Positions 23,619 to 34,988 of a DNA stretch of 64,000 nucleotides are shown in pieces. Within the stretch, counting starts at the first letter, position 1. Every line of letters begins with the position of its first letter. The stretch comes from Anthoceros angustus. Lineage: Eukaryota; Plantae; Anthocerotophyta. A model generated the notes under the pieces. That model worked only from the letters and a program-made list of their open reading frames with translations. It made no database searches and was not told where the DNA came from. The position numbers and the translations under genes were made by a program. The stretch lies in contig VJWM01000044.1 of assembly GCA_010909165.1 (NCBI GenBank), positions 2,046,001-2,110,000 of the forward strand, in the 5' to 3' direction.

Positions 23619-24690
23619 TGTAGGATAGGTGGTGTAGGCTGAACTCATTTAAAGATTGACATTCGTCAAACTAATAGAATAAAATTTTACTTAGGAGAAG
23701 ATAAAGAAGACTTGGGATGAATTTTACTTAAGAGAAGACAAGAAGACTTGGATGCTAAGACTTTAATCTGGTAGAAAATCATAGAATATTGGGAAAGGTG
23801 ACTGCAGCACACAGGGAAGTCGCATGTTAGGATCCCCATAAGAAGAAGAAGATTTCACAAGTAAAATATCACGTCTTGCACTTCCAAACTCATGAGTCCT
23901 TTGCTCTGGTGAAAGAATTTCATGCCACCGCAAGCTAACATGTTGTCCGGAAGAAAGGAAGTTCACGGTGGTAGGAGTGCTTGGTAGAGGGCTCGCTCGC
24001 GCGCCGACGAGTTGCTCCCTTTGTGAATGGTGTTGTGAAATTGCTTTGCTTGAGGTGTGTGGCTATACCCAAGGAACTCTTAGCTTGAGGGTAGACTATA
24101 GGAAAGACTCCGTGAGGTTCTCATTGTCGATGTCAAACTCACAAAGAACCGCCCAAGGAAGAACTTGCTTTGTAGGCGGACCGAGGCAGTATAAGGGCGA
24201 GCTGAGCTTGAAGTGAAGTTAGAGTAGGCGGCGGAGGAGGAGGAGTCGAGTTGAGCGTTGAAGAGGATGATAAGTAGAGGATTAGAGTGTAGGTAATAGT
24301 GGAATGCCACAAGCGAGCCTAAGGGACGAATCCCAAATCAGAATAAGAAGGCGCCCCATCGTTGGAGGAGCTAGTCTTACAGGGGGGACAAAATCGCGGC
24401 GTGGGTGGGGTCCCTAGGCGTGTGGTGGACTCCTTTCCCGTGAGGCACGGCCTACAATTGTGTTGTGGTCGCTAGGTCGGGAGATAGTGAATTTTGGAGC
24501 AAAGGCAAGTGGTGCCGAGAGGAGAGTTAGAGGCGCCTTGCTTGTTGAGGGGCCGAGGTTGAGTGTAGGCATTGATCTCTCGAACCTGTCCACACAAGTC
24601 TCATGGGACGAAACCCAATGTGCTAGCGATAGTGGGATAAGTGTGGCCACTAGAGGGTGAATCTCGGTAGCCCCGGATTTTCCTCCCACA
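23619..24690 (+). mobile_element. 5' LTR of an Athila-like Ty3/gypsy element (copy 1)
   Basis: Starts TGTAGGA and ends CTCCCACA, followed by a degraded PBS. The right boundary is fixed by the PBS; the left boundary is inferred from the TG..CA terminal inverted similarity. Confidence 0.65.
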
Positions 24691-27600
24691 TTTTTGGCGC
24701 TTCGGATTTGTTGCTTGACAACATTTGCGAGGAGGAACTTGTTGCAACGGTGGTCGTTCGAGGAGGATTTCGGATCGTGTTTTGAGAGGAACCTATTCTG
24801 CGCCATAATCGTGATTTTCTTGTCCAGGTGCCATGTGCTTGGGGAATCTTGCAGGGAGGAGTGTGGTTGTGGTAGGCTAGTGTCCCGACACGCGCATTGC
24901 AAGGAAGGTGCTCGACACTTTCTAAACGCCGTGGGTTTGGGTGGTTTCCATAACAAGAACGAGACATACAAAGAAATCCCTCGATTCGACAATCATGGGT
25001 TGAAGGATATGGGAGTGCGTGCATGTCTAGCAGGGAGGGGGCGAAGGACAGCCCATGGAGATCGCCTCGCCAGGACTGCAAGAGATTTGAGGGCTGGGAG
25101 AAATCGATTGAGGGAGGAAAATGCCGCGCCACACGATTGAAGAGGAAGAAGAGATACGGGCACTTGAGGAAGAGGTCGCTTTGCTCTGCCTACAAGGGCA
25201 GGCCGAGATCAAGATAAGATTGCCATGAGGGTAGAGAAGGCATGATAAAGGTGAAAGGAAGGAGGTCGACGAGAAGAGTTGCGACGGGAAGAAAGCGAAG
25301 AGGAGGAATCGATCATGCATTTAGTTTGAGTCTACAACCTCGACCTTCTCAACGTTGGAATTTTCAGAGTGGTGGATCAAGCTCGACTTCAAGCGAGACA
25401 CGCCACTGCATGCTTGACGGTCACCGTCAACAATGTCGAGTCAACGCCTTGTAGATAGGGCATGCCGCAACATGCGGCTGAGTGGCGGCATGCCGCAACA
25501 CGCGGCGTTGAGTGGCGGCATGCCACAACACGCGCGGCGCAGTGGTGGCGGCATGCCGCAACACGCGCGCTGAGTGGTGCCGCAACACGCCGCTGAGTGG
25601 CGCATGCCGCAACACGCGGATGTGTTACATTTGTTATGCACTTTGTAAACTCACGCCTCCTCCGAATTCGAGCCGCAAAGGTCACGCAAGAAGGCGCCAC
25701 CCTAGTGGCACGTCCTGCTTCCAATAATGTCATTTCAACAACGGTTCGGAGGGTTGGGCTGCCTGGGAAACTATTGCATGGTTGGGTTGACGGAAGAAAA
25801 GGTAAGGGTTCGCGGTAAAAGACTCTCGCGTTCTTTGAGTCTTTAGCGAACTTTGCCATCCTCACAGAAACATGCAATCTTGTGCACAGGAAGGAGGGTA
25901 AGTAGAGAATTTCACGCATGGTCCGAGGATCTTACATTGCATCTCGATCGAATCATTGCTCAACTCTCGAATTTGGGAAACACCTCTAGGGGAGCCACCA
26001 CATCACAACAATGCTCGAGTCTTTGTAAGACATCCTGCATGCGGAACGTTAATCGGTTTACTGCAGAGAAGGGAGCGCGAGTCGCCGAGGACACCTAGAC
26101 CGACAAGACATGGAGCCACAGGCTGAGAGGTTGTCCCAACCCCACACCACCAAGATGTCAAGTTTGGGAAATGAAGAAGCGCACGATCAAAGCCTTTATG
26201 CACTTTGGAACATGTGTCTCATGCCAACTGGAGGATATGGTGACTGCTTGTGCATTTGCATTTTCCACAGGTTATTGAGGGACATGGACAGCAAGTGGTA
26301 TAGTCGAACTTATGGTGCCGGCGCCACTAGAAGGACTTGAAGGCGCCTTTCTCAACCGTTGGCTGGGCTTATGCTCACCACACCTTGGCAAAACCGAGAA
26401 CTCTCCGTGAAAGAAAAGAGAGTCCCTATTTGACTATGTTGAACGATTCTACGGATACTTGGATCGAGTCCCGAGTGTGCACCCGTGACCCTGTGAAACC
26501 CTCCCACATCATGATATTCGCAAGAGCAAGCCTTGGATTGGTTTGTAAGCGGATTATCGAGAAAAATGGAGGTACATTGCGTAGGAACTAAGATGTTGGC
26601 CGGAATAATAAATTAGCAAAGGAGTGGGAATCGGCCGAGTTGGGTAGAAGGAGGAAGAAGAGAAGAAGCTATAAGAAGAGGAAGGGATTGTGAGATCCGC
26701 TTCTTCCTTCCTCGCCTCCCCATCTTCATCGTCATCCTCCGAGAGCGAAGAGAGTAGTACCGGAAAGCTCGACGTTAGATGAAGAACCGAGAAAGCCTAT
26801 GAACGACGATGAGAAAAAGACTTGGAGAAGGTCAAGAAACGAGGTGAGGAAGTTGAGCTACCGAGAAGGAGAGGAAGGAAAGACGGTTCGATGAATGGAG
26901 AAGGGGAAACGCCCACGCTGCGGAGGGGAATTGCGGACCAAGTGAAGCTCGACCAAGCGATTGATGTAATTGGAGGTCAAGCGGTAAAGAATCGACCACG
27001 GAGGTCACCTTCACCGCAAGGCTTGGTGTATTGCTCAATCATCATCAATCCGGACACACCAACAAGGGAGTGTATTCGAGCACCATGCCATCTTGTGAAT
27101 TACCATGTGGAGAGTATCATGCTTGGCGATTCTGCACGTAGATGAGGCTTATCAAGTGTAGGCTCATTGGGAGTCGGCCGCCTGGTCGATGAGGTGACCA
27201 CACACACCGCCACCGTGAGGTATGGGTGCGACCTACCTCACCGGGACCATGGAGGCCAGAACCTTCTCAGAGGCCGATGACGATTCCACCAAGCTGCTGC
27301 TACAATTGCGGGACGCCTGGTCACTATTCGAACAATTGCCCAAAACCACAGAGATAGATGGGGTATGTGCCTTTTTGTCAAGTGTGCAAGGAGCTAGGCC
27401 ACAAGGTTGGTACTGAGGTGTTCAAGAGTGACCAACCCGTGGAGTGCGATTCACGGAGCCTACAGAGGGGACGCCCAATCCCGAAACCGCCATCACCGTA
27501 ACGACAACACCGGTTTAAAGATGGAAGCGAGTTCAATTTCCTTGATGAATCCAAAGGTGTATTCCGGATTGTGGAGGAAGGAGGAGGAGAAATGAGTGCG

Positions 27601-28222
27601 GATCCTCGAGGGCTATTGGTGGCCAAAGTGACCACAAGATCCAAACGGAGAGAGACTGAAATCCGAGAAACGCCGAGAGGCGGGAGGAACGCAAGCGAGG
27701 AAGGTGAAGGACGACTCACCGTGGCCTCCTGGAGACTCGTGGGAGTCGGGGTTGGAAGAAGGAGAAAGGGATGAAGGTGACCGAGCAACCTATGGCGGTA
27801 GGTAGTCCTCGAGTGGCATTACGCTTAAGTCACGCAGTAGGGCCAGCAAAGTATCCTTTGTGTCATGGAGCAAGGCACCCTGAGGGGGATTGAGCTTCCA
27901 TCGATGGGTACACCTCGGGGGTACATGGGTGAGCTCCTGCAGTGATCGTGCCTATAGAGGACCCCATTGAGGAGATGGAAATAAAACCCGAGTTGTTGTA
28001 TAGGTACCTATCCGCAAGTAGAAGTTGTTGTAGAGGAGGATTCGAATCGACTTGGGAGGTCAACACTCCGTGAGGATCAAGCAACCAATCGAATCCCAAG
28101 TATTCTATGGTCATCAAAGATCGTTGGATCAATACTTGGAAGGAGTGATCTATCCTGTGTTTACCAATGAGTGGGTCGCCTCGATTGTGATTGTGCCCAA
28201 GAGACAGGGAAGGAACGGGTGC
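24691..28222 (+). mobile_element. Truncated Athila-like Ty3/gypsy internal region: gag plus the start of RT (copy 1)
   Basis: Retrotrans_gag-like LRTLRRKKRESLFDYVERF, a zinc-knuckle remnant, VTTRSK, and RT-start residues ending at RVC. Stops and frameshifts throughout. Confidence 0.8.
25461..25618. repeat. 30-bp minisatellite in the retroelement leader (copy 1)
   Basis: Noisy copies of CATGCCGCAACACGCGGCGTTGAGTGGCGG. Confidence 0.85.
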
Positions 28223-29700
28223 TAAGTACAATTTTGCAAGAAATCAAACTTGCATTTTGCAAAAGAAAATGATTTCTTGACACCTTTTCCATCACATTGC
28301 CTCATCACAAGCTATCTATCCTTGTGCAGCTTATAGTGATACAATATTCCATTCTCTAGATATCACAAGTTTCATGTAATATGGAATTTTTAAAAATGGA
28401 TAATTTGGTCATGGTTATCGCCATTTAATCTATCTCTTTTATAAGAGTTTTTACATCTTTTCTCTTTCATGTGTAATGCATCATCCTTCTAAAAAGTGTC
28501 CAATTTGGTGCCCTTCAAAGCCTTGTCACATTTTTGTTCATGAAGAACCCATGAGAAATTAGCCTTGAGTTTACGGTAGGTACAAGCTTGGTTCTATTTA
28601 GTTTTCTACCGACCGTATTGAGAGGGCACTATAGTCCCATGTAGCCTACTTGTAGGAAACCCATTGCAATGAAATTTCCAAACTAGTTGTCCATTTTCCG
28701 GGTACGACTAGGTGGTATACTATACTTGTTGGGGCTTATATGGGTAGACATTATTCATGTCATAATTAGAAGCCATCTAGAGCTAATTGGCATAGGCCTC
28801 ATAGTGGTATTGGTAAAATTTCCGGGCACGTTGCTCTTGGGCAAAACCGCAGCCAAGTCCTCTCGGGATGGTGCCATGGGTTCTAGTAGCGAACATGGGG
28901 AACAAATCGTTTATTCATCGTTGGGGTTTAGTTCACTTTCAAAAGGAAACAAGGCATATTTTGAAGGGTAACTTTGATGTATAGAATATTGCATGAACAT
29001 GTTGTCCCATGCATTCTTGTAGAAACAAATTTAATAGGTGCTATGGTAAAATATTTTTCAAATTGTGAAAATATAAGTTTCAAGGCTTGTTTTGAAGGCC
29101 TAACCCATATGAGCTTAACCCATGAAGGTCTTGAAGGGCTGGTTCGGATAAACCCTTTGCATGCCACACGAGTTCATCATGAAACTCACTTTATCTAGAA
29201 ATTGCCTTTCCATCCGTAAATAGCCATCAACTTATGGATCTAGGTCAAAGAGGTTTATAATACACTATAAGAACTCGAGCAAGATAGTCTATAACAGTCG
29301 TAAGAATCATGTAGATTAGGGATTAAATGCTTTAGCAATGTGCTCCATCTTTTAAAAACTCATAACATAAGCTAGGATTTCTAAGATTGGAGGTTTTTGC
29401 CATGCATGCACCTAGTGTATGAAACTATAAGGACCAAGTTGCAATACCGTTTGAATTGGGAGAAGGTAAATACTTAAAAAACATAGTAATCTAAGATTCC
29501 TAAGATTGGAGGGTTTTTGCTATGTATACACCTCATGTATTTTTTGAATATATAGACCTTATTATTGCAAGAATACACCATAGTGAAAATATGCTGTAAT
29601 TAAAAAAATATAGCATACCTTTTTTGCATGGCCATAACAAATGGTGAATATGTCTGAATGTATATTATTTTAATGACTTAAAATGTGAATGACCTAGGGA
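28223..29700. repeat. AT-rich block joined to the truncated RT; possible decayed CACTA TnpD relic on the minus strand
   Basis: Repeated at 44207-45715 and 61420-62935. The minus strand has weak TnpD-like words (KYFTIAPIK, DDLFPMFAT...ILRGLGNAGF, LALDGF). The transposase call is low confidence. Confidence 0.6.
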
Positions 29701-29796
29701 ACAAATAAGCAGCATGTCACATGAGGGTTTACATATGGGTAGAGAGTTCAAAGCTCTCACAAATAGACCACATGGACACACATTTATAAGAACGTC

Positions 29797-29948
29797 GTTA
29801 TTAAGCATCCCGCTTAGATCGGTACTTAGATGGGGTGCCTAAAGGAAGTGGATGTTTTTCTGTAAAAGTGATGTTATTAAGCATCCTGCTTAGATCGGTA
29901 CTTAGATGGGGTGCCTAAAGGAAGTGGATGTTTTACGTAAAAGTGATG
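29797..29948. repeat. Two-copy 77-79 bp tandem repeat related to the SINE-like insertion
   Basis: TTATTAAGCATCCTGCGCTTAGATCGGTACTTAGATGGGGTGCCTAAAGGAAGTGGATG... twice. The same pair is at ~37965-38115 (inverted), ~45813-45966 and ~63026-63181. The core also occurs at 16730-16775. Confidence 0.85.
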
Positions 29949-30427
29949 GGTGATAAAAGTAGCTTAGGCACACCATTATTATGACCAAATTATTTGAAAC
30001 CAGTTTGGTTCTTCGTGGCGCCATTTTTTGCCTCCAAAAGCTTCTTGTGTGGGCAAGATGCAATTACTGCAGACCGACAAACACTAAGTGTGTGTCAAAC
30101 AATTTTATTTATAGAATCAAGTCGGAAGAAGTTTGAATTTCTGAACTCTTCCGGCCAGCAGCAGCTAATGACTTCGACTATAGTTTAGGTCGTCCAGTAC
30201 TCGTTTTCACCAGTACAACCGACGGCTCACAACTCCTCTGCACCTCTCCGGTACACCACCCACAAACCAGTTGCAACACACTTTACGTGGGCCTTTAGGC
30301 AAAAACCGACGTGCTCTCAGGGTCCATTTTGTTCCTACAAAATAAAAGACCTTGACAGTAGCCAAATTGACTGGAGATAAAGTTTCACGGTATGGTTCAC
30401 CTGTTAAAATCCTTAGCAACTGTATAA

Positions 30428-30630
30428 TCAGTTGCCCGACTGTTGCAGGTTGATGAGCTTGCAATATGCTCCTTTCCTTGCAAGCAATTCCTTAGGACTG
30501 CCTTGTTCAATGATAGTTCCATCTTGCACAACTGCAATTGTATTGGCCCTGGATGGTGGACAGGCGGTGCGCAATGACAACAGTTGTTCTGCCTTGCATC
30601 AATCTATCCAAGGCCTCTTCTCTGATCCGC
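30428..30630 (-). pseudogene. Orphan C-terminal fragment of an ABCB (MDR/PGP) transporter
   Basis: [28 protein letters not shown]...LINLQQSGN* carries the ABC H-loop and the typical ABCB C-terminus. No upstream exons are present. Confidence 0.8.
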
Positions 30631-33002
30631 AGACATGTAGAAGTGCAGTACATGGTAAGTTTGGCGGCCGCTGATGCTAGTGCTTGGAACATCGGGAATT
30701 CACATTGTGCTTCATCAAATTCCACTGGCGACAGGAGATAAAAGCAAGCACGTAGGTAACAACAAATGCTGGTAGATGCAAACACAGCAATCTTGCGGCT
30801 ATGCTCTGAATTCCGAACAGAACATTGATCAGTCGGACATGGATGTTGATCAGGATGCTAAAATCTCACTTCTGAAATTCTCTCTGTGGCTCCTGCACAG
30901 CCTATTACGTAATTGAAGACTTGGTGGATTTGCAATTACAGCCATGATGTCCTACATGCAGGCAAGTAAAGCGATGCATCACATCAGATATTCCAGATAT
31001 CAGAGCTCAAACGCCAACTGCATGCAGTCACAGGCGCTAGCCTCTGCTTCTCCTCATCCGCTGCTAGAGGCACGATGCTGTCAGTCGAATGTGCTGCAGC
31101 CACACACCAGCTAGTGGACCACAGAAATCACATCTACCGTTCGACGAATGAATTCGAAGGTAGGAGATGGATTGAAATGCCGGTACGGACCAACTTGAGC
31201 ACACACAAGCAGCCATAGCCGGTCAGAAGCTACTGGGAACGGAGTCACGCGTGCTGTTGGAGCCTTGGCAGAAGCAGGATGGGCCTCCAAGTCGGAGCTT
31301 CATGGGGAAGGAAGGGCGGTACGGTAGTACCAGCTTTTATTATGCTGGTATATCGCTCTGTTCCTATGGCTGCACCCGATATAGGCGGTGGGTGGTCGTG
31401 ACCGGCCGATCCCGTCGGCCACTTGCCACGATCCTCATTTTATTACTCATTTCCAACAATGATTGTGCAACACATTGTAGGTGAGTGACCGGGTACTCCA
31501 ATACAAAGGATTCTAGTACAGTTCTGAGTTGCCTGCACTAAGAGACGATGGCCGGCTGGTTTGAGGCTCCAGACCCATGTTCCTACTTGGGAAGGAGGCG
31601 TGGGTCCAAATCCTATCCCTAGCGATAAAGCAGTTTGATAAATACCGTTGCTGAGGGCTGCTTTTGAAAAATAATTAGGAACGGTTGAGGCTCTCATCCC
31701 GCCTGTGTTGTATACAGAGGGATGTAGCAAGACAACTATGTCCAAGGAAATCACACACCGAGAATGTTCCACAAACCGATTTCTGTTCCCTGGGCGTGCG
31801 CCTCATCAGTGGCATAAGGGGACGTCAGTGGGTCCAAGTATGTATCGTCAGAAAGCACCCTCCGCAACTTGGCTGTCTGCAGATTACCACAAAGGGGAAG
31901 GTGCTTGCAACGAGGTTAAGCTTGTAAAAGGGTGAACATATGCACTTGGGACTGCGAAGCCCAGCAAAAGACAATCCGCAACCCAGCTGCTGACCATTTT
32001 GTGGTGTAGGGCCCTAGCTTTCCATGAAAATGCCCTGGGGCTGGAGTGGCATGGGCAATGTGCCCGTGTTCCAGGACTACCAGCTCTGGAACTTCGAGCC
32101 TGAGGTGATGATCCATCGCGATCGATTGGAGTGCTGGTGCCTGTGGTTGCCCATGGCTGGTGCTGGAGCCAGCGGCTCGCACGGTTTCAGTCCATGAGCT
32201 TCCATGAGGCTAGGAGTATTAGTATGGGACACGAAGATTCCACAAGGAGCGACAGCGCCAGCAGCAGGACTGCGCACGCGGACTCCGACCAGATCGACAG
32301 CGATCATAGCTGCTAACCTCTTGGTTTGCGATTAGGTAAGGTAGACTGGAACCAGGTCCGGATCTCAACACCTCGCAATTCCATGGCCATGCAGGCAGCA
32401 GCAGTTCTCATGGCGAATAAACTCACACAGCCCAGCGAACGGACACGAGACCCGAACCCCAAAGCGGCAGCTGCACGGCGAAATCAGAGAGCTCTATGGA
32501 TCTGCTGGGATGAAGTTTGAATTGAAAACGCCCACCTCCCGTGCTCAACCGTGCTCAGAACATGGTGTCGTGACAATTCTTCCAGTGCAATCACGCTATG
32601 GGCTTAGGGAATTTAAGACCGAGGTGGAATAATCCGGACAGCACGATGATCGGGAACCCTTTACAGCAGGCCTGCGCGCAAACCATTCAAAGTGAACCAC
32701 CCAGTCTACAGGCGCTAAGGACTCACCCTTACCAGCATAGCTGCCCTTCTCTGGTAATCACAACTCGAAAGGTTGGAGCTATTTGATGACTGAGTTGATA
32801 TCCACTGATCCACGAGTAGATGATGGATGGATGGATGTCCTTCACACGCACACGTATTCGAAAACTGCATCCAACAACGGAGGCCACAACAGATGCTGCA
32901 AGGGACTAGCTTCGAGTAGCAAGCCTTGACAAACCACTGGTGGTCCACTCAGGCGAGGAGGAGCTGAATGATGCTTCCCGGTTGGCAATTGTGAGGAGTC
33001 CC

Positions 33003-33388
33003 CTTCCTCTTATACATCGCTCAGCTATCCTTGGCTATCCATCCAAGCTGGCGGAGGCATACCTCCGACACACGCTTTCCTATCCTCATAGATTCCCGCT
33101 TATCACGCTTCTTGCCGGAGTACAGCATGACTGCACTTGGACATTGCTGTCTATGCCATCATTTAGCAGAGGCGGGATGAGACTCCATAACCTGAGCGCG
33201 TGTAAGACGGGAGGAGGAGGGTGTGTGGAAACATCTTCCGTCTTAGGCAGCTGGTGCAGATATGCGGTACTCCGGCAAGAAGCGTGATAAGCGGGGAATG
33301 TCATCAGGATAGGAAGTATGTGGCGGAGGTATGCCTCCGCCAGCTTGGATGGATAGCCAAGGATAGCTGAGCGATGTACAAGAGGAAG
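33003..33388. repeat. Local ~135-bp imperfect inverted repeat (33003-33136 / 33254-33388)
   Basis: CTTCCTCTTATACATCGCTCAGCTATCCTTGGC... is the reverse complement of ...GCCAAGGATAGCTGAGCGATGTACAAGAGGAAG with several substitutions and indels. Confidence 0.8.
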
Positions 33389-33815
33389 CTGACTCAAAGC
33401 CAAAGCACGTTGCTCATCCATCACACCCTTGCCACACTTGTTGTTCGTTTCCCGACCAATGGCCGCTTTGCTCCTAGAAATAGAAATAGTGAGCGGCAAT
33501 GTGACAGCTGATCCGAAGCCATGAAACCTGATATTACAGCACACCCGACGAATGGCAGTCAACAACAGCTTATATTGGGCAACAAGTTGCTGACCTTCAA
33601 AAGAGGAGATGGCGCGCCATCCGGGCAAAGAAGACCCTTGCCCCACAAGTCAAATAGAAGCCTGGGCCATGGGAGAGCCAGCAGCCAAAACGGCAGAGAG
33701 GCCAACAGAAGAGAACTGGTTACCATCGAAGAGAACCGGTCACATCGAAGAGAACCGGCCCTCCCAGCACGATAAAGATCAAATGGGTCAATGACCATAA
33801 ATGTGCTTTGGGAAA

Positions 33816-34966
33816 TGTAGGATAGGTGGTGTAGGCTGAACTCATTTAAAGATTGACATTCGTCAAACTAATAGAATAAAATTTTACTTAGGAGAAGATA
33901 AAGAAGACTTGGGATGAATTTTACTTAAGAGAAGACAAGAAGACTTGGATGCTAAGACTTTAATACTGGCGGTAGAAAATCATAGAATATTGGGAAAGGT
34001 GACCTGCAGCAGGCACACCCGAGGGAAGTCGCATGTTAGGATCCCCCATAAGAAGAAGAAGATTTCACGAAGTAAAATATCACGTCTTGCACTTCCAAAC
34101 TCGCGAGTCCTTTGCTCCTGGTGAAAGAATTTCATGCCAGCTGCAAGCTAACACAGTGTCTGGAAGAAAGGAAGTTCACGGTGGTAGGAGTGCTTGGTAG
34201 AGGGCTCGCTCCCTGCGCCTCGACGAGTTGCTCCCTTTGTGAATGGTTGCTGTGAAATTGCTTTGCTTGAGGTGTGTGGCTATACCCAAGGAACTCTTAG
34301 CTTGAGGGTAGACTATAGGGAAAGACTCCCAGGAGGTTCTCGCTGTCCGATGTCAAACTCACAGCAACCGGCCCAAGGAAGAACTTGCTGGCTTGTAGGC
34401 GGACCCGAGGCAGTTGTGCCATAAGGGCGAGCTGGGGGCAGTGAGCTTGAAGTGAAGTTAGAGTAGGCGGCGGAGGAGGAGGAGTCGAGTTGAGCGTTGA
34501 AGAGGATGATAAGTAGAGGATTAGAGTGTAGGTAATAGTGGAATGCCACAAGCAGAGCCTAAGGGACGAATCCCAAATCTGTAACAAGAAGGCGCTCCCA
34601 TCGTTGGAGGAGCTAGTCTTACAGTTGGGGACAAAATCGCGGCGTGGGTCAGGGGGTCCCTAGGCGCCCGTGGTGGACTCCTTTCCGCTGAGGCACGGCC
34701 TACAATTGTGTTGTGTCGTTGTAGGTCGGGAGATAGTGAATTTTTGGAGCAGTGCAAGTGGTGCAGCTGCTGTAGAGGGAGAGTTAGAGGGCGCCTTGCT
34801 TGTTGAGGGGGCTGAGGTTGTGAGTGGGTGTAGGCAACGATTGATCTCTCAGAACCCGGCTGTCCACACAAGTCTCATGGGACGAAACCCAATGTGCTAA
34901 GCGATAGTGGGATAAGTGTGGCCACTAGAGGGTGAATCTCGGTAGCCCCGGGATTTTCCTCCCACA
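33816..34966 (+). mobile_element. 5' LTR of the Athila-like element (copy 2, ~1.15 kb)
   Basis: TGTAGGA...CTCCCACA, immediately followed by an intact PBS. Confidence 0.7.
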
Positions 34967-34970
34967 TTTT

Positions 34971-34988
34971 TGGCGCCGTTGCCGGGGA
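34971..34988 (+). mobile_element. Primer-binding site complementary to tRNA-Asp(GUC)
   Basis: TGGCGCCGTTGCCGGGGA is the 18-nt complement of the 3' end of plant tRNA-Asp (…UCCCCGGCAACGGCGCCA), the known PBS of Athila-clade elements. Confidence 0.9.

Larger units (their letters stand above)
15350..30700. repeat. Segmental module copy 1, matching 48280-63950
   Basis: Same order of features at an offset of ~33 kb (MRL7 ATG 19138 vs 52095). The differences are nearly all small indels. Confidence 0.9.

Noticed and set aside
32588-32630. SRYGLREFKTEVE as a receptor-like kinase fragment
   Set aside because: Followed by a stop, no flanking kinase motifs (GxG, VAVK, HRNLV), and the paralog at ~17725 reads GLRKCKTEVQ. 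Probably chance.
34971-34988. tRNA gene
   Set aside because: Only the 18-nt complement of the tRNA 3' end including CCA is present; it is a PBS.
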